Shown here: piece after piece, positions 30,945 to 40,743 of the stretch | Numbering within the stretch: the stretch's first letter is position 1 | Layout of the letters: the number at the start of each line of letters is the position of its first letter | Assembly (NCBI GenBank): GCA_030428255.1 | Contig: JAUIBT010000020.1 | Location: forward strand, 9,380 to 73,379 | Direction of reading: 5' to 3' | DNA length: 64,000 nt | Source of the DNA: Alphaproteobacteria bacterium | GTDB lineage: Bacteria; Pseudomonadota; Alphaproteobacteria; UBA7985; JAUIBT01 | Made by a program: the position numbers and the translations under genes | The notes under the pieces: generated by a model | Database searches by the model: none | The model's input: only the letters and a program-made list of their open reading frames with translations | What the model was told of the DNA's origin: nothing

Positions 30945-31553
30945 ATGTTCGACTCCCGTCTCCGCCCCCTTATCGACCCGCCCCTCAATTCTGTGGGGCG
31001 TGTTTTGGCGCGCCTGGGTCTCACCGCAGATCAGGTGACGCTGCTGGGTTTTGGCTTGGGGCTTCTGGCCCTGCCAGCCCTGTGGCAACAGAACTATGCC
31101 CTCGCGCTGGTCTTTATCGCAACGAACCGTTTGGCCGATGGGCTCGACGGCGCGGTGGCGCGTGCCACCAAGCCCAGCGATCGCGGGGGCTTTCTTGATA
31201 TCTGCCTCGATTTTCTGTTTTATGCCGCCATTCCGCTTGGCTTCGCGTTGGCTGACCCCGGGCAAAATGCCCTGGCGGCTGCGGTCTTGCTGGCGGCGTT
31301 TATCGGGACGGGCTCCAGTTTTCTGGCCTTTGCGGTCATGGCAGAAAAGCACGGGATCGAAACCCAAGCTCAGGGCAAGAAAGCTTTCTATTACTTAGAA
31401 GGCTTGACCGAGGGCGCTGAGACCATCGCCTGCTTTGTGCTCATGTGCGTGTTTCCAGATTGGTTCCCAGCCGTGGCGCTGATCTTTGCCGCCATGTGTG
31501 CCGTGACCATCGTAACGCGCGTTGTTCGCGGTTGGCAGAGCTTTGCGGAGTAG
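30945..31553 (+). CDS. CDP-alcohol phosphatidyltransferase family protein (YnjF-like)
   Basis: Signature DGLDGAVAR...GGFLDICLD and GLTEGAET. Confidence 0.9.
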   Translation: MFDSRLRPLIDPPLNSVGRVLARLGLTADQVTLLGFGLGLLALPALWQQNYALALVFIATNRLADGLDGAVARATKPSDRGGFLDICLDFLFYAAIPLGFALADPGQNALAAAVLLAAFIGTGSSFLAFAVMAEKHGIETQAQGKKAFYYLEGLTEGAETIACFVLMCVFPDWFPAVALIFAAMCAVTIVTRVVRGWQSFAE

Positions 31554-31609
31554 GGCCGGGCTCAAACTGCCGCTTTTATCTGTGCAAAGCCTGCCCGCGA
31601 ACCGCTGGA

Positions 31610-31951
31610 TTAGGCGCTCGGCTCCAGTTTAACCGGCTGGCCGTGGGGCGTGCGGTTGTAGGCCGCCTCCCAGTCCGCCCGGCGCTGGTCCATGTCCTGG
31701 CGCGATATGCCAGCTTGCTGCGCACTCAGGCGCTCCAAGGCATCAACCACCGCCAGATAGTAGGTCTCCAGCGTATCTGCGGCGCCGCGCGCCTCGGCAG
31801 CGGCCAGCGCTGCACCCAGGGTCCGGGCCCAGTCCTGGGCGCTAAAGTGCCCGGCATTGACCAGCGAGTCGGCCAGTGCCAAAGCTTGGGCTTGCCAGGG
31901 CTCATCGAAGACCGGTTGCGGCGGTGCCAGCGGGTCGTCAGGCTGGAACAA
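31610..31951 (-). CDS. Nitrile hydratase accessory (activator) protein
   Basis: PVFDEPWQAQALAL, YY..VVDALE, WEAAYNRTPHGQPV. TTG start at 31951 with a GGGAGG SD. Confidence 0.88.
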   Translation of the reverse strand: MFQPDDPLAPPQPVFDEPWQAQALALADSLVNAGHFSAQDWARTLGAALAAAEARGAADTLETYYLAVVDALERLSAQQAGISRQDMDQRRADWEAAYNRTPHGQPVKLEPSA

Positions 31952-32600
31952 GGTAGGCCTCCCACAAATCCAAGGTGACGTCATCGCGTGGATCAGCCTC
32001 GGGGCCCCAAAGATCCGCTGCCGAAAAGGCCACCGTATAGAGCGCCTGGTAGTCCTTTTTGCCCTCAGCGCCCCGCTCGGGCACAGCGTGCGCCCCGTGG
32101 TGGGCCAAGATGCGGCCTTCGACGCCGCGTGCGTAGCGCGGCAAGCGGGTATGAGCGCCGGGCGGGGGAATACGCAGAGTGCGCACGGCATCGCCAGCCG
32201 CAAAGGCGGGCGGCGTATCGCAAGCCCCTTCAAAGCTGATATTGGCTTGGGCGTTGCTTGCCAAGACATCGTCGATGCTCTTGGGGGCTGCTTCGGCTTC
32301 TTTCGCCAGCAGGTGGCCGCGCTTGACGTCCTCTAAGGTGATGGAGCCGTGGTCGAGCATCAGCATGAGGTAGTTGGCGCACCACTTGTTGAAGTAGGCA
32401 AAGCTCAGGTAATCGCTGGGCACCATCCGCTCCAAGCCGTGGCGGAACCAATCAATTGTCACGCCCTGGGCGACACCTGAGCGCGCCAGGCCCCACATGC
32501 GTTTTTCCCAGTCCGCCAGCGCGGCAAAATCCTTGTCTCCGGTGGCGATGGGAATGGGGCCAAAGCCCTGCATGCCGCCTAGATCGTGTATCGCATCCAT
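31938..32600 (-). CDS. nthB: Nitrile hydratase beta subunit
   Basis: MDAIHDLGGMQGFGP, WEKR, RHGLERM, HTRLPRYARG, LYTV.F, DLWEAYL. TAATG overlap with the alpha gene. Confidence 0.92.
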   Translation of the reverse strand: MDAIHDLGGMQGFGPIPIATGDKDFAALADWEKRMWGLARSGVAQGVTIDWFRHGLERMVPSDYLSFAYFNKWCANYLMLMLDHGSITLEDVKRGHLLAKEAEAAPKSIDDVLASNAQANISFEGACDTPPAFAAGDAVRTLRIPPPGAHTRLPRYARGVEGRILAHHGAHAVPERGAEGKKDYQALYTVAFSAADLWGPEADPRDDVTLDLWEAYLVPA

Positions 32601-33241
32601 TATGAGGCCTCCAGTGGCAGGTCGCGTTGGGTGCCGATCATAGAATTTCGGGTCACGATGGCGGCTAGCGCCTCTTCGCTCCAACCTTGCGTGCCCGCCG
32701 GGCGCTGTGGCACCACCAGATAGCGCAACTCGGCGGTGCTGTCCCAAACCCGCACAGCCACATCGTCGGCCAGCGCGACACCAAACTCGCTTAGAACCTG
32801 ACGCGGTTCGCGCACGGCTCGCGCTCGATATTCGGCCGATTTGTACCACGACGGCGACATGCCAAGGATCGAAAACGGGTAGCAAGAGCAAAGCGTGCAG
32901 ACCACCATGTTGTGCTGTCTGTCGGTATTTGCGACCGCTTTCAGGTGGCCCGTAGCGCTGCCTTGAAAGCCCAAATCTTTGATCGCTTCGGCGGCGTCTT
33001 CTAGCAAGCGCGCATGAAAGTCGGCGTCCAACCAGGCCCGCGCCACCACTTGCGCACCCCGTTTGGGGCCAATGTGTTCGCTGTAGGCCTCCACCCAGGC
33101 ATCAACGGTTTGCGGCGCGACTAGGCCTCGCTCTATGGCCAGGCTCTCGAGTGTTTTGACCCGCAACGCGGGGTCCGACGGCAGGTGGCTGTGAAGCTCG
33201 CGGTGCAGGTGCGCAGCGTTTTCGCTATCAAACGTGGCCAT
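32600..33241 (-). CDS. nthA: Nitrile hydratase alpha subunit, cobalt type
   Basis: VVCTLCSCYP (Thr/Tyr pattern of Co-type enzymes), WYKS..YR.R and VWDSTAELRY. Confidence 0.95.
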   Translation of the reverse strand: MATFDSENAAHLHRELHSHLPSDPALRVKTLESLAIERGLVAPQTVDAWVEAYSEHIGPKRGAQVVARAWLDADFHARLLEDAAEAIKDLGFQGSATGHLKAVANTDRQHNMVVCTLCSCYPFSILGMSPSWYKSAEYRARAVREPRQVLSEFGVALADDVAVRVWDSTAELRYLVVPQRPAGTQGWSEEALAAIVTRNSMIGTQRDLPLEAS

Positions 33242-33368
33242 TCGGCTCTCCTCGGTTGCGTTCGTGGGGGGCGATTTTCGACATCAGCCGCGCCGCAAGT
33301 GTGGCATAGCCACCGGTCAACAGCAATGGGCGCTTGCAATTCAGGCGTGCTCGCGCTCAGTCTTGCGC

Positions 33369-34181
33369 ATGTCGCCCTTGCTTGATCCAGCCGCTTACGC
33401 CCGCCGCATCCTGGCGGCCCTTGCAACCCTTGTGCTTATGGCGCTGCTGAGCCTTGGCCTGGCGGGCTGGACCTCTGCGGGCTTTCTGGCGCGCGTTCAA
33501 AGCGAAGCCGCCAGCCTGGACGGCTACCACATCCCAAAGCTCAGTCGTCACATCCGGGTTGAGCGCGACGGCGCGCTCTTGCTCAGCGCTCGGCTCAGTG
33601 GCCCTGCAGTGTTGCGGGCCCAGACTTCCGGCCATGCCGAGCTTGATTTGCGCCTGACCTTGGAGCCCGAGCGCCTGGACCTGCGCCGCCTGCTGGAGGC
33701 GCGGATCGACAAGCAGGTTGCGCCGCTGGCTCGCCTGGGCCGGTTTCAGTCCGCGAACGCACGCTTTGGCAATGACGACATTGCCATAGCTGCAGATGTT
33801 CCTGTTACTCTGTCCTTGGGGCTCTTGCCTGGGGCCGAGCAAAGCTGGCCCGCGCGTATCACAGCCAGCGCTAAGCCCGAGGCCAAAGATGGCCGCCTAA
33901 GCCTGCGCTTGCGGTATCGCAGCCTCAGTTTTCAAGGCTCGACTCCGCCCGGCATGTTAGGCGAGGCGCGCAAGCGAGCCCGAGAGCGCCTGAACCGCCG
34001 CTTGTATCCTCGCCTGGCTCTGCCACCTGGCTGGCAGGTCCTAGATGCGCGGATCGAAGACGGGGTCATGGTGCTGCGAGTCTCCTATCGCGATGCCGCA
34101 CGGCCCTGGTTTTGCTCGCCACCGGGGCTGCAATCCCCACTGGTCTGTGGATTCTTGCGCGCTATGAGCCGATTTCTTTAG
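33369..34181 (+). CDS. Hypothetical membrane-anchored protein
   Basis: Long ORF with an N-terminal hydrophobic anchor and a beta-strand-like pattern. No family recognised. Confidence 0.6.
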   Translation: MSPLLDPAAYARRILAALATLVLMALLSLGLAGWTSAGFLARVQSEAASLDGYHIPKLSRHIRVERDGALLLSARLSGPAVLRAQTSGHAELDLRLTLEPERLDLRRLLEARIDKQVAPLARLGRFQSANARFGNDDIAIAADVPVTLSLGLLPGAEQSWPARITASAKPEAKDGRLSLRLRYRSLSFQGSTPPGMLGEARKRARERLNRRLYPRLALPPGWQVLDARIEDGVMVLRVSYRDAARPWFCSPPGLQSPLVCGFLRAMSRFL

Positions 34182-34403
34182 CCGTGCCACTCACAAAGGC
34201 TTGAGCAGCCTAGGAAACAAGCGTTTCGCCCTTGTTTTGCTCAGCAGGCCGACCAACATCAGATGCAGTAACCAACAGTCCTGACCGGATTGACCCGTGA
34301 ATCCCCCTGTGATTCCGCTTGTTAATCCGGAGTTCCGTGAAGTTGCTCGTTCGATCCCCTAGAGCTCGTGCGTCCCGCTTTGTCGGGAGGTATTGGCTAC
34401 TTC

Positions 34404-34439
34404 AGACAGCGCTCCCACCCTGGATCGCTGTCTTTTTTT
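34404..34439 (+). terminator. Rho-independent terminator in the region upstream of mdh
   Basis: Stem AGACAGCG...CGCTGTCT followed by a T-tract. Confidence 0.78.
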
Positions 34440-34644
34440 GTCGCGATCGCCCCCAATCCCCCGCGACCAAAGACAGTCAAGAGCCCCACACTGTGCCTTA
34501 ACAAACTTGACTTGTTTTGGCGGCCCGGCGCGCTTGGCCTCCCCCATATCCGCTGCTCGCATTAGACTAGTGAGACATTTAGCCCCTACCGTCATGGCGG
34601 CAAGGCGTGTCGCACGCTTGCCACTTGGCGTCGCTCTGGGTTAA

Positions 34645-35646
<1,002 letters not shown>

Positions 35647-35796
35647 CCGCCCGGCAGCTCACATGTGGCGCTAGATCGGCTGTTGGCCGTGGTGTCTCGC
35701 GCTTGCGAGGCCCACAGCCCAGCCCGCGCCCCACTTTCCAGCTCTTGCGCCGCCCGACGGTCTGCGCGCTTTGGAGCTGAAGCAAGGAGTTCCTTA

Positions 35797-37005
35797 ATGA
35801 ATATTCACGAGTACCAAGGCAAAGAGCTGTTGGCCCAGTTCGGCGTTGCCACGCCCAAGGGTCAGGTTGCCTTCAACCTGGACGAAGTCCGCCAAGCCGC
35901 CGAAGCGCTGGGCGGCCCGGTTTGGGTGGTCAAGTCACAAATCCACGCAGGCGGGCGCGGTGCCGGCCACTTCAAGCACGACCCTGAGCGCGTCAACGGC
36001 GGCGGCGTTAAGGTCGTGGTCAACGGCACCATCGACGATGTGGTCAAAGCGGCCGAAAACATGCTGGGCAACGTGTTGGTCACCAAGCAGACCGGCCCCG
36101 AAGGCAAGCAGGTCAACCGCCTGTTGATCGCCGACGGCGTGGACATCGAGCGCGAGCTCTACCTGGCTCTGTTGGTCGACCGTGGCTCTTCGCGCGTCAC
36201 CATTGTTGCCTCGCAAGAAGGCGGCATGGAGATCGAGGAAGTGGCGGCGGAAAGCCCGGAAAAAATCATCCAGGTCTCCATCGACCCGGCAACCGGCATT
36301 CAAGGCCATCACTGCCGCACCATCTGCTTTGCGCTGGGCTTGACCGACAAGGCCCAGATGAAGTCAGCCACCAAGTTCTTGCAAGGCATGTACCAGGCCT
36401 TCGTTGAAAAAGACTGCGCCATGGTCGAAATCAACCCGCTGGTTGTGACCAAGCAAGGCGAAGTTTCGGCGCTGGACGCCAAGGTCAGCTTTGACGACAA
36501 CGCGCTGTTCCGCCACCGCGACGTGCAGGACATGCGCGATGAGAGCGAAGAAGAAGCCAGCGAGCTGGAAGCGGTCAAGTGGGACCTGAACTACGTCAAG
36601 CTAGACGGTGAAATTGGCTGTATGGTCAACGGCGCTGGGCTGGCTATGGCCACCATGGATATCATTAAGCTGTACGGCTCTGAGCCTGCCAACTTCCTGG
36701 ACGTGGGCGGCGGCGCGACCGAAGAGCGCGTCAAGGCGGCCTTCGGCATCATCACCCGCGATCCCAACGTTAAGGGCATCTTGGTCAACATCTTTGGCGG
36801 CATCATGAAGTGTGACATCATCGCCAAGGGCGTGGTCGCGGCCGTGCAAGAGCTGGGCCTGAACGTGCCCCTGGTGGTGCGACTGGAAGGCACCAACGTT
36901 GAGCTGGGCAAGCAGATCATGGCCGAGTCTGGCCTGAACATCATCCCGGCCGACAACCTGGCCGATGCGGCTGAAAAAATCACCCAAGCGGTAAAAGGAG
37001 CATAA
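35797..37005 (+). CDS. sucC: Succinyl-CoA synthetase beta subunit
   Basis: [40 protein letters not shown]. Confidence 0.97.
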   Translation: MNIHEYQGKELLAQFGVATPKGQVAFNLDEVRQAAEALGGPVWVVKSQIHAGGRGAGHFKHDPERVNGGGVKVVVNGTIDDVVKAAENMLGNVLVTKQTGPEGKQVNRLLIADGVDIERELYLALLVDRGSSRVTIVASQEGGMEIEEVAAESPEKIIQVSIDPATGIQGHHCRTICFALGLTDKAQMKSATKFLQGMYQAFVEKDCAMVEINPLVVTKQGEVSALDAKVSFDDNALFRHRDVQDMRDESEEEASELEAVKWDLNYVKLDGEIGCMVNGAGLAMATMDIIKLYGSEPANFLDVGGGATEERVKAAFGIITRDPNVKGILVNIFGGIMKCDIIAKGVVAAVQELGLNVPLVVRLEGTNVELGKQIMAESGLNIIPADNLADAAEKITQAVKGA

Positions 37006-37010
37006 GAACC

Positions 37011-37886
37011 ATGGCTGTTTTGGTTGATAAGAACACAAAAGTCATCACGCAGGGCTTCACCGGCGCTCAGGGCACCTTCCACTCAGAGCAGGCAATTGCT
37101 TACGGCACACAAGTCGTTGGCGGTGTGACGCCTGGCAAAGGCGGACAGACCCACCTGGATCGCCCGGTTTTCAACTCGGTAGCAGAAGCCAAAGCTGTCA
37201 CCGGTGCCAACGCCTCGGCCATCTATGTGCCGCCGCCGTTTGCAGCAGACTCGATCATGGAAGCCATCGACGCAGAAATCGAGCTGGTGGTCTGCATCAC
37301 CGAGGGCATTCCGGTGGCCGACATGGTCAAGGTCAAGCGCTCGCTGTGCGGCTCTAAAACCCGTCTGATCGGCCCCAACTGCCCCGGAATCATCACCCCC
37401 GGCGCGTGCAAAATCGGCATTATGCCAGGGCACATCCACAGCCGCGGCAAGATCGGCGTCGTATCGCGCTCGGGCACGCTGACCTATGAGGCCGTTGCAC
37501 AAACCACCGCCGCAGGCCTGGGCCAGACCACCTGCATCGGTATCGGCGGCGATCCGGTCAACGGCACCAACTTCATCGACTGCTTGGAGCTGTTCTTGGC
37601 CGACGAAGAGACCCAGGGCATCATCATGATCGGCGAAATTGGCGGCGACGCTGAGGAGCAGGCAGCAGAGTTCTATGCCCGCTCAAAGGTCAAGAAGCCG
37701 ATCGTTGGCTTTATCGCAGGCGTCACCGCGCCTCCGGGCAAGCGCATGGGCCACGCCGGTGCGATTATCTCGGGCGGCAAGGGCGATGCGGGCTCTAAGA
37801 TCGAGGCCATGAAGTCGGCAGGCTTCCACGTCTCGGCCAGCCCCGCAGCGCTGGGCACCACCATGCTGGAGGCCATGAAGGGCTGA
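37011..37886 (+). CDS. sucD: Succinyl-CoA synthetase alpha subunit
   Basis: [20 protein letters not shown] (phospho-His). Confidence 0.97.
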   Translation: MAVLVDKNTKVITQGFTGAQGTFHSEQAIAYGTQVVGGVTPGKGGQTHLDRPVFNSVAEAKAVTGANASAIYVPPPFAADSIMEAIDAEIELVVCITEGIPVADMVKVKRSLCGSKTRLIGPNCPGIITPGACKIGIMPGHIHSRGKIGVVSRSGTLTYEAVAQTTAAGLGQTTCIGIGGDPVNGTNFIDCLELFLADEETQGIIMIGEIGGDAEEQAAEFYARSKVKKPIVGFIAGVTAPPGKRMGHAGAIISGGKGDAGSKIEAMKSAGFHVSASPAALGTTMLEAMKG

Positions 37887-37988
37887 AAAGCGCCGGCCAG
37901 TGCCATGGTTGCTTCCGGGGCTTTGCCACGAAGTACAGTCTTTGAGCAAGCAGCGTTGATCCGCCACCTGCTCGCAACCTGACAGAAG

Positions 37989-38023
37989 AAAACCCCGAGA
38001 GTAGCTTGCTCCCGGGGTTTTTT
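37989..38023. terminator. Likely bidirectional terminator after sucD
   Basis: AAAACCCCG...CGGGGTTTTTT between convergent genes. Confidence 0.8.
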
Positions 38024-38050
38024 ATCGGCTTGAAACGAAGGCGGTCGCCG

Positions 38051-38887
38051 CTACTCCGGCAGGCTAAAGCTCAGGCTGCCCCACCAGGAATGCCACACCT
38101 CGTCCCACTTGGGCTCGGTCACAGGGCGCAGTGTGACGGTGTTGGCCATGAACTGGCCGCCAGCGCTGACATCAAAGCTGACAAAGCCCTGGCCGTCGCT
38201 GCGCACAACGACGTCGCTCACCTGGCCAGCTAAGCGATGAAATAGGCGCACTTGGTTGTCCGCCAGCGGCTGCCCAGCTTCCAAGACCTGCAAGCGCACG
38301 CGGCCAGCCTGCGCATCGTGCTGGGTCATGACCAGCTCCAGCGGCATGCCCATGGCTTGATCCTTCAGCGCTCCGGCCTCGACCTGGAACAGGGCCTTGG
38401 CGGAGCGGGCATAGGTCTCAGCAAAGCCAATGTCCGGCAGCCCCCGCGCGGCGTGTTGCTCAGCAATCCCGTCCAGGCCCTCGTAGTCGATGAAGGAGGC
38501 GAAGCGCTCGGCCTCGCGCCACACCAGCTTAGAGCGCGTGGTCACCAGCCCCACGACATAAGTACCAGCTTGCTCGGCTGTGGCCTGCACGGCGGGGCGT
38601 TGACCCAAATCGCCGCCCAGCGGCGCGCGACTGCCGTCAGGGCTGGCTATAACCAAGCTGCGGATGTTGTTTGGGATCAAAGGATTACGCGAGCCCTTGA
38701 AGTCCACGCCGACCTTGAACTCGGCCTTCAACGCCGCGCCCACTGCCAGCACCGGCGCACCTTGCGGCTCGACCCAATATTCATGCGCCTCGGCGCGGGG
38801 AGCGGTGGTCAGGATCAGCGCCAGCGCTGCCATCCCCGCCAAGGCCGTGGCAAGGCCTGCCTGGATTGTGGCGTGTTTCTGTGCCAT
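38051..38887 (-). CDS. DUF4198-family periplasmic protein (putative Ni/Co uptake component)
   Basis: Signal peptide ending AEA|HEYWVEP, F.SFIDYEG, ETYARSAKAL, GMPLELV, WHSWWGSLSF. Confidence 0.8.
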   Translation of the reverse strand: MAQKHATIQAGLATALAGMAALALILTTAPRAEAHEYWVEPQGAPVLAVGAALKAEFKVGVDFKGSRNPLIPNNIRSLVIASPDGSRAPLGGDLGQRPAVQATAEQAGTYVVGLVTTRSKLVWREAERFASFIDYEGLDGIAEQHAARGLPDIGFAETYARSAKALFQVEAGALKDQAMGMPLELVMTQHDAQAGRVRLQVLEAGQPLADNQVRLFHRLAGQVSDVVVRSDGQGFVSFDVSAGGQFMANTVTLRPVTEPKWDEVWHSWWGSLSFSLPE

Positions 38888-38918
38888 GAAAGCTTTCCTT
38901 CGCGAAAGAGGACCAATT

Positions 38919-39545
38919 ATGCCCCTACTTGTGACAGCTCTTCGACCTTTGGCCAAGCCTGCGGCGACCTTTTGGATGCTCACACTTGTGTGCGGTCTGC
39001 TGTGGGGTGGGCCAGCACTGACCGGTCGCGGCCAGGCCCACGAGGTCACACCCGCCATCATCGACCTGAGTTTTGAGAAGGGCGTGTCCTTCACTCTGGC
39101 GATGACCTTGAACCTGGAATCGTTGGTTGCGCAGCTTGGCGAAGGCCACAGTGATACCTCGCAGGCCGCGAATGCCGAAGTCTACAACCGCCTGCGCGCA
39201 CTGCCGCCGAGCGAGTTGCGCAAGGAGTTCGATGCCTTCACACCGACGCTGCTAAAGGGCATGGTGGTCGAGATCGACGGCAAGCCGGTGCCGACCTTCG
39301 TCAAGCGCCTGGCCATTCCGGAGGTGGGTGATTTGGACTTGCCGCGCGAATCGCTGCTTGAAATCTCCGGCGCTTTGCCGCGCGGTGCCAACGGCCTGAC
39401 CTGGCGCTGGTCGCCGACCTTCGGTGCCGCCATTTTGCGCGAGCGCAAGGCCGACGGCAAACTGGGCTATTCTGACTATCTCAGCGGCGGAGCGGGCAGC
39501 GCGGAAATCGCCTTGCCCAAAAAGAACTGGTGGGAGCTGTTTTAG
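38919..39545 (+). CDS. Secreted protein resembling the N-terminal periplasmic domain of HupE/UreJ-family fusion proteins
   Basis: Signal peptide ending GQA|HEVTPAIIDL, then YNRLRALPP and EVGDLDLPRES. No C-terminal transmembrane domain. Confidence 0.65.
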   Translation: MPLLVTALRPLAKPAATFWMLTLVCGLLWGGPALTGRGQAHEVTPAIIDLSFEKGVSFTLAMTLNLESLVAQLGEGHSDTSQAANAEVYNRLRALPPSELRKEFDAFTPTLLKGMVVEIDGKPVPTFVKRLAIPEVGDLDLPRESLLEISGALPRGANGLTWRWSPTFGAAILRERKADGKLGYSDYLSGGAGSAEIALPKKNWWELF

Positions 39546-39572
39546 CGCCGTGTTGCGGCCGCTCCAGCATGG

Positions 39573-40721
39573 CTACCAGCCGCCAAAGCGGGGCCAGACC
39601 TTCAAGGGCGCATCGGCTTGGCTTGGAATAACGTGATAGCGGTGGTGTTGGGCGGCCACAGCGCAAGCATGGTTCGGCAATATCCGCAAGCGGGTGCCCA
39701 AAGGCAGGTCCGGCAGTGTGGCCGGGCTGCCCGCGCGTACCGCGATGATACCGTGTTCTTGATTGGCTTTGATCATGACAAGATCGTCGATCAGGGCGCC
39801 GGCCTCGTCACACACCAGGCCATAGCCCTGATCCACGGCCTGGCTGGCGGTGCCACGATCGCGCGACATGGCCATCCAGCCAGCGTCGGTGATGATCCAG
39901 CCTTTGTCGCGCTGATGGCCGATTACCGTCGTCAAGACCGACAGCGCGATATCGTCTAGCTCGCACACCCCGATCCCCGCTTGCACAAGATCGAAGAAGG
40001 CATAAACGCCAGCGCGCACCTCGGTGACGCCCTCCAGGCTTTGGGCCGCGTGGGCCGTAGGGGTTGAGCCTATGCTGACCACCGGGCAGGGCAGCCCGGC
40101 GGCTCGCAGAACCTCGGCCGACTTCAAGACCGCGCGCCGCTCCTGCTCCGCAAAGCGGGCGTGCGCCTCCTTGCCCACCACCTCGTAGCTTTCGCCTGCG
40201 TGGGTCAGCACGCCGCGCAGCTCCGCGCCGCCCTTTTGCAAGATCCGCCCGATGGCAATCAAGACCCCTGCACCGGGCGCGACGCCGCTGCGATGGCCGT
40301 CGCTGTCAATCTCAATCAGCGCTGGGATGGCTGCGCCGGTGATCTGCGAGGCTTCGGCGACTGCGCGTGCTTGCTCTGGGCTGTCCAGGATGACCGCCAG
40401 ATCGCAGCCCTGGGCGCGGATCGACACGACCCGCTCCAGCTTGTCTGGCGAAATGCCGACGGCATAAATCATGTCTCGCACGCCAGCCTCTGCAAAGACC
40501 TGCGCTTCGGCCAAAGTTGATACGGTGGCTGGGCCTGTCCCCTTGGTCAGGATTTGAGCAGCGGCATCGAGCGATTTGACGGTCTTCAGGTGCGGGCGCA
40601 ACTGGGCCCCAAGCGAGGCAATGTGATCGGCCAGGCGGCGCACATTGCGCTGCATGCGCGCTTCATCGACGATCAAGGCAGGCGTTTGCACTGCCTGTAA
40701 GCTGTGGAAAGGGGCTGTCAT
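39573..40721 (-). CDS. DSD1/D-threonine aldolase-family PLP enzyme
   Basis: TPALIVD, LRPHLKTVK (PLP Lys), GHRSG, IGSTPT, EVRAGVY, QEHG, PNHAC. Confidence 0.92.
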   Translation of the reverse strand: MTAPFHSLQAVQTPALIVDEARMQRNVRRLADHIASLGAQLRPHLKTVKSLDAAAQILTKGTGPATVSTLAEAQVFAEAGVRDMIYAVGISPDKLERVVSIRAQGCDLAVILDSPEQARAVAEASQITGAAIPALIEIDSDGHRSGVAPGAGVLIAIGRILQKGGAELRGVLTHAGESYEVVGKEAHARFAEQERRAVLKSAEVLRAAGLPCPVVSIGSTPTAHAAQSLEGVTEVRAGVYAFFDLVQAGIGVCELDDIALSVLTTVIGHQRDKGWIITDAGWMAMSRDRGTASQAVDQGYGLVCDEAGALIDDLVMIKANQEHGIIAVRAGSPATLPDLPLGTRLRILPNHACAVAAQHHRYHVIPSQADAPLKVWPRFGGW

Positions 40722-40743
40722 GCTGATCTCCGCTTACCCATGC

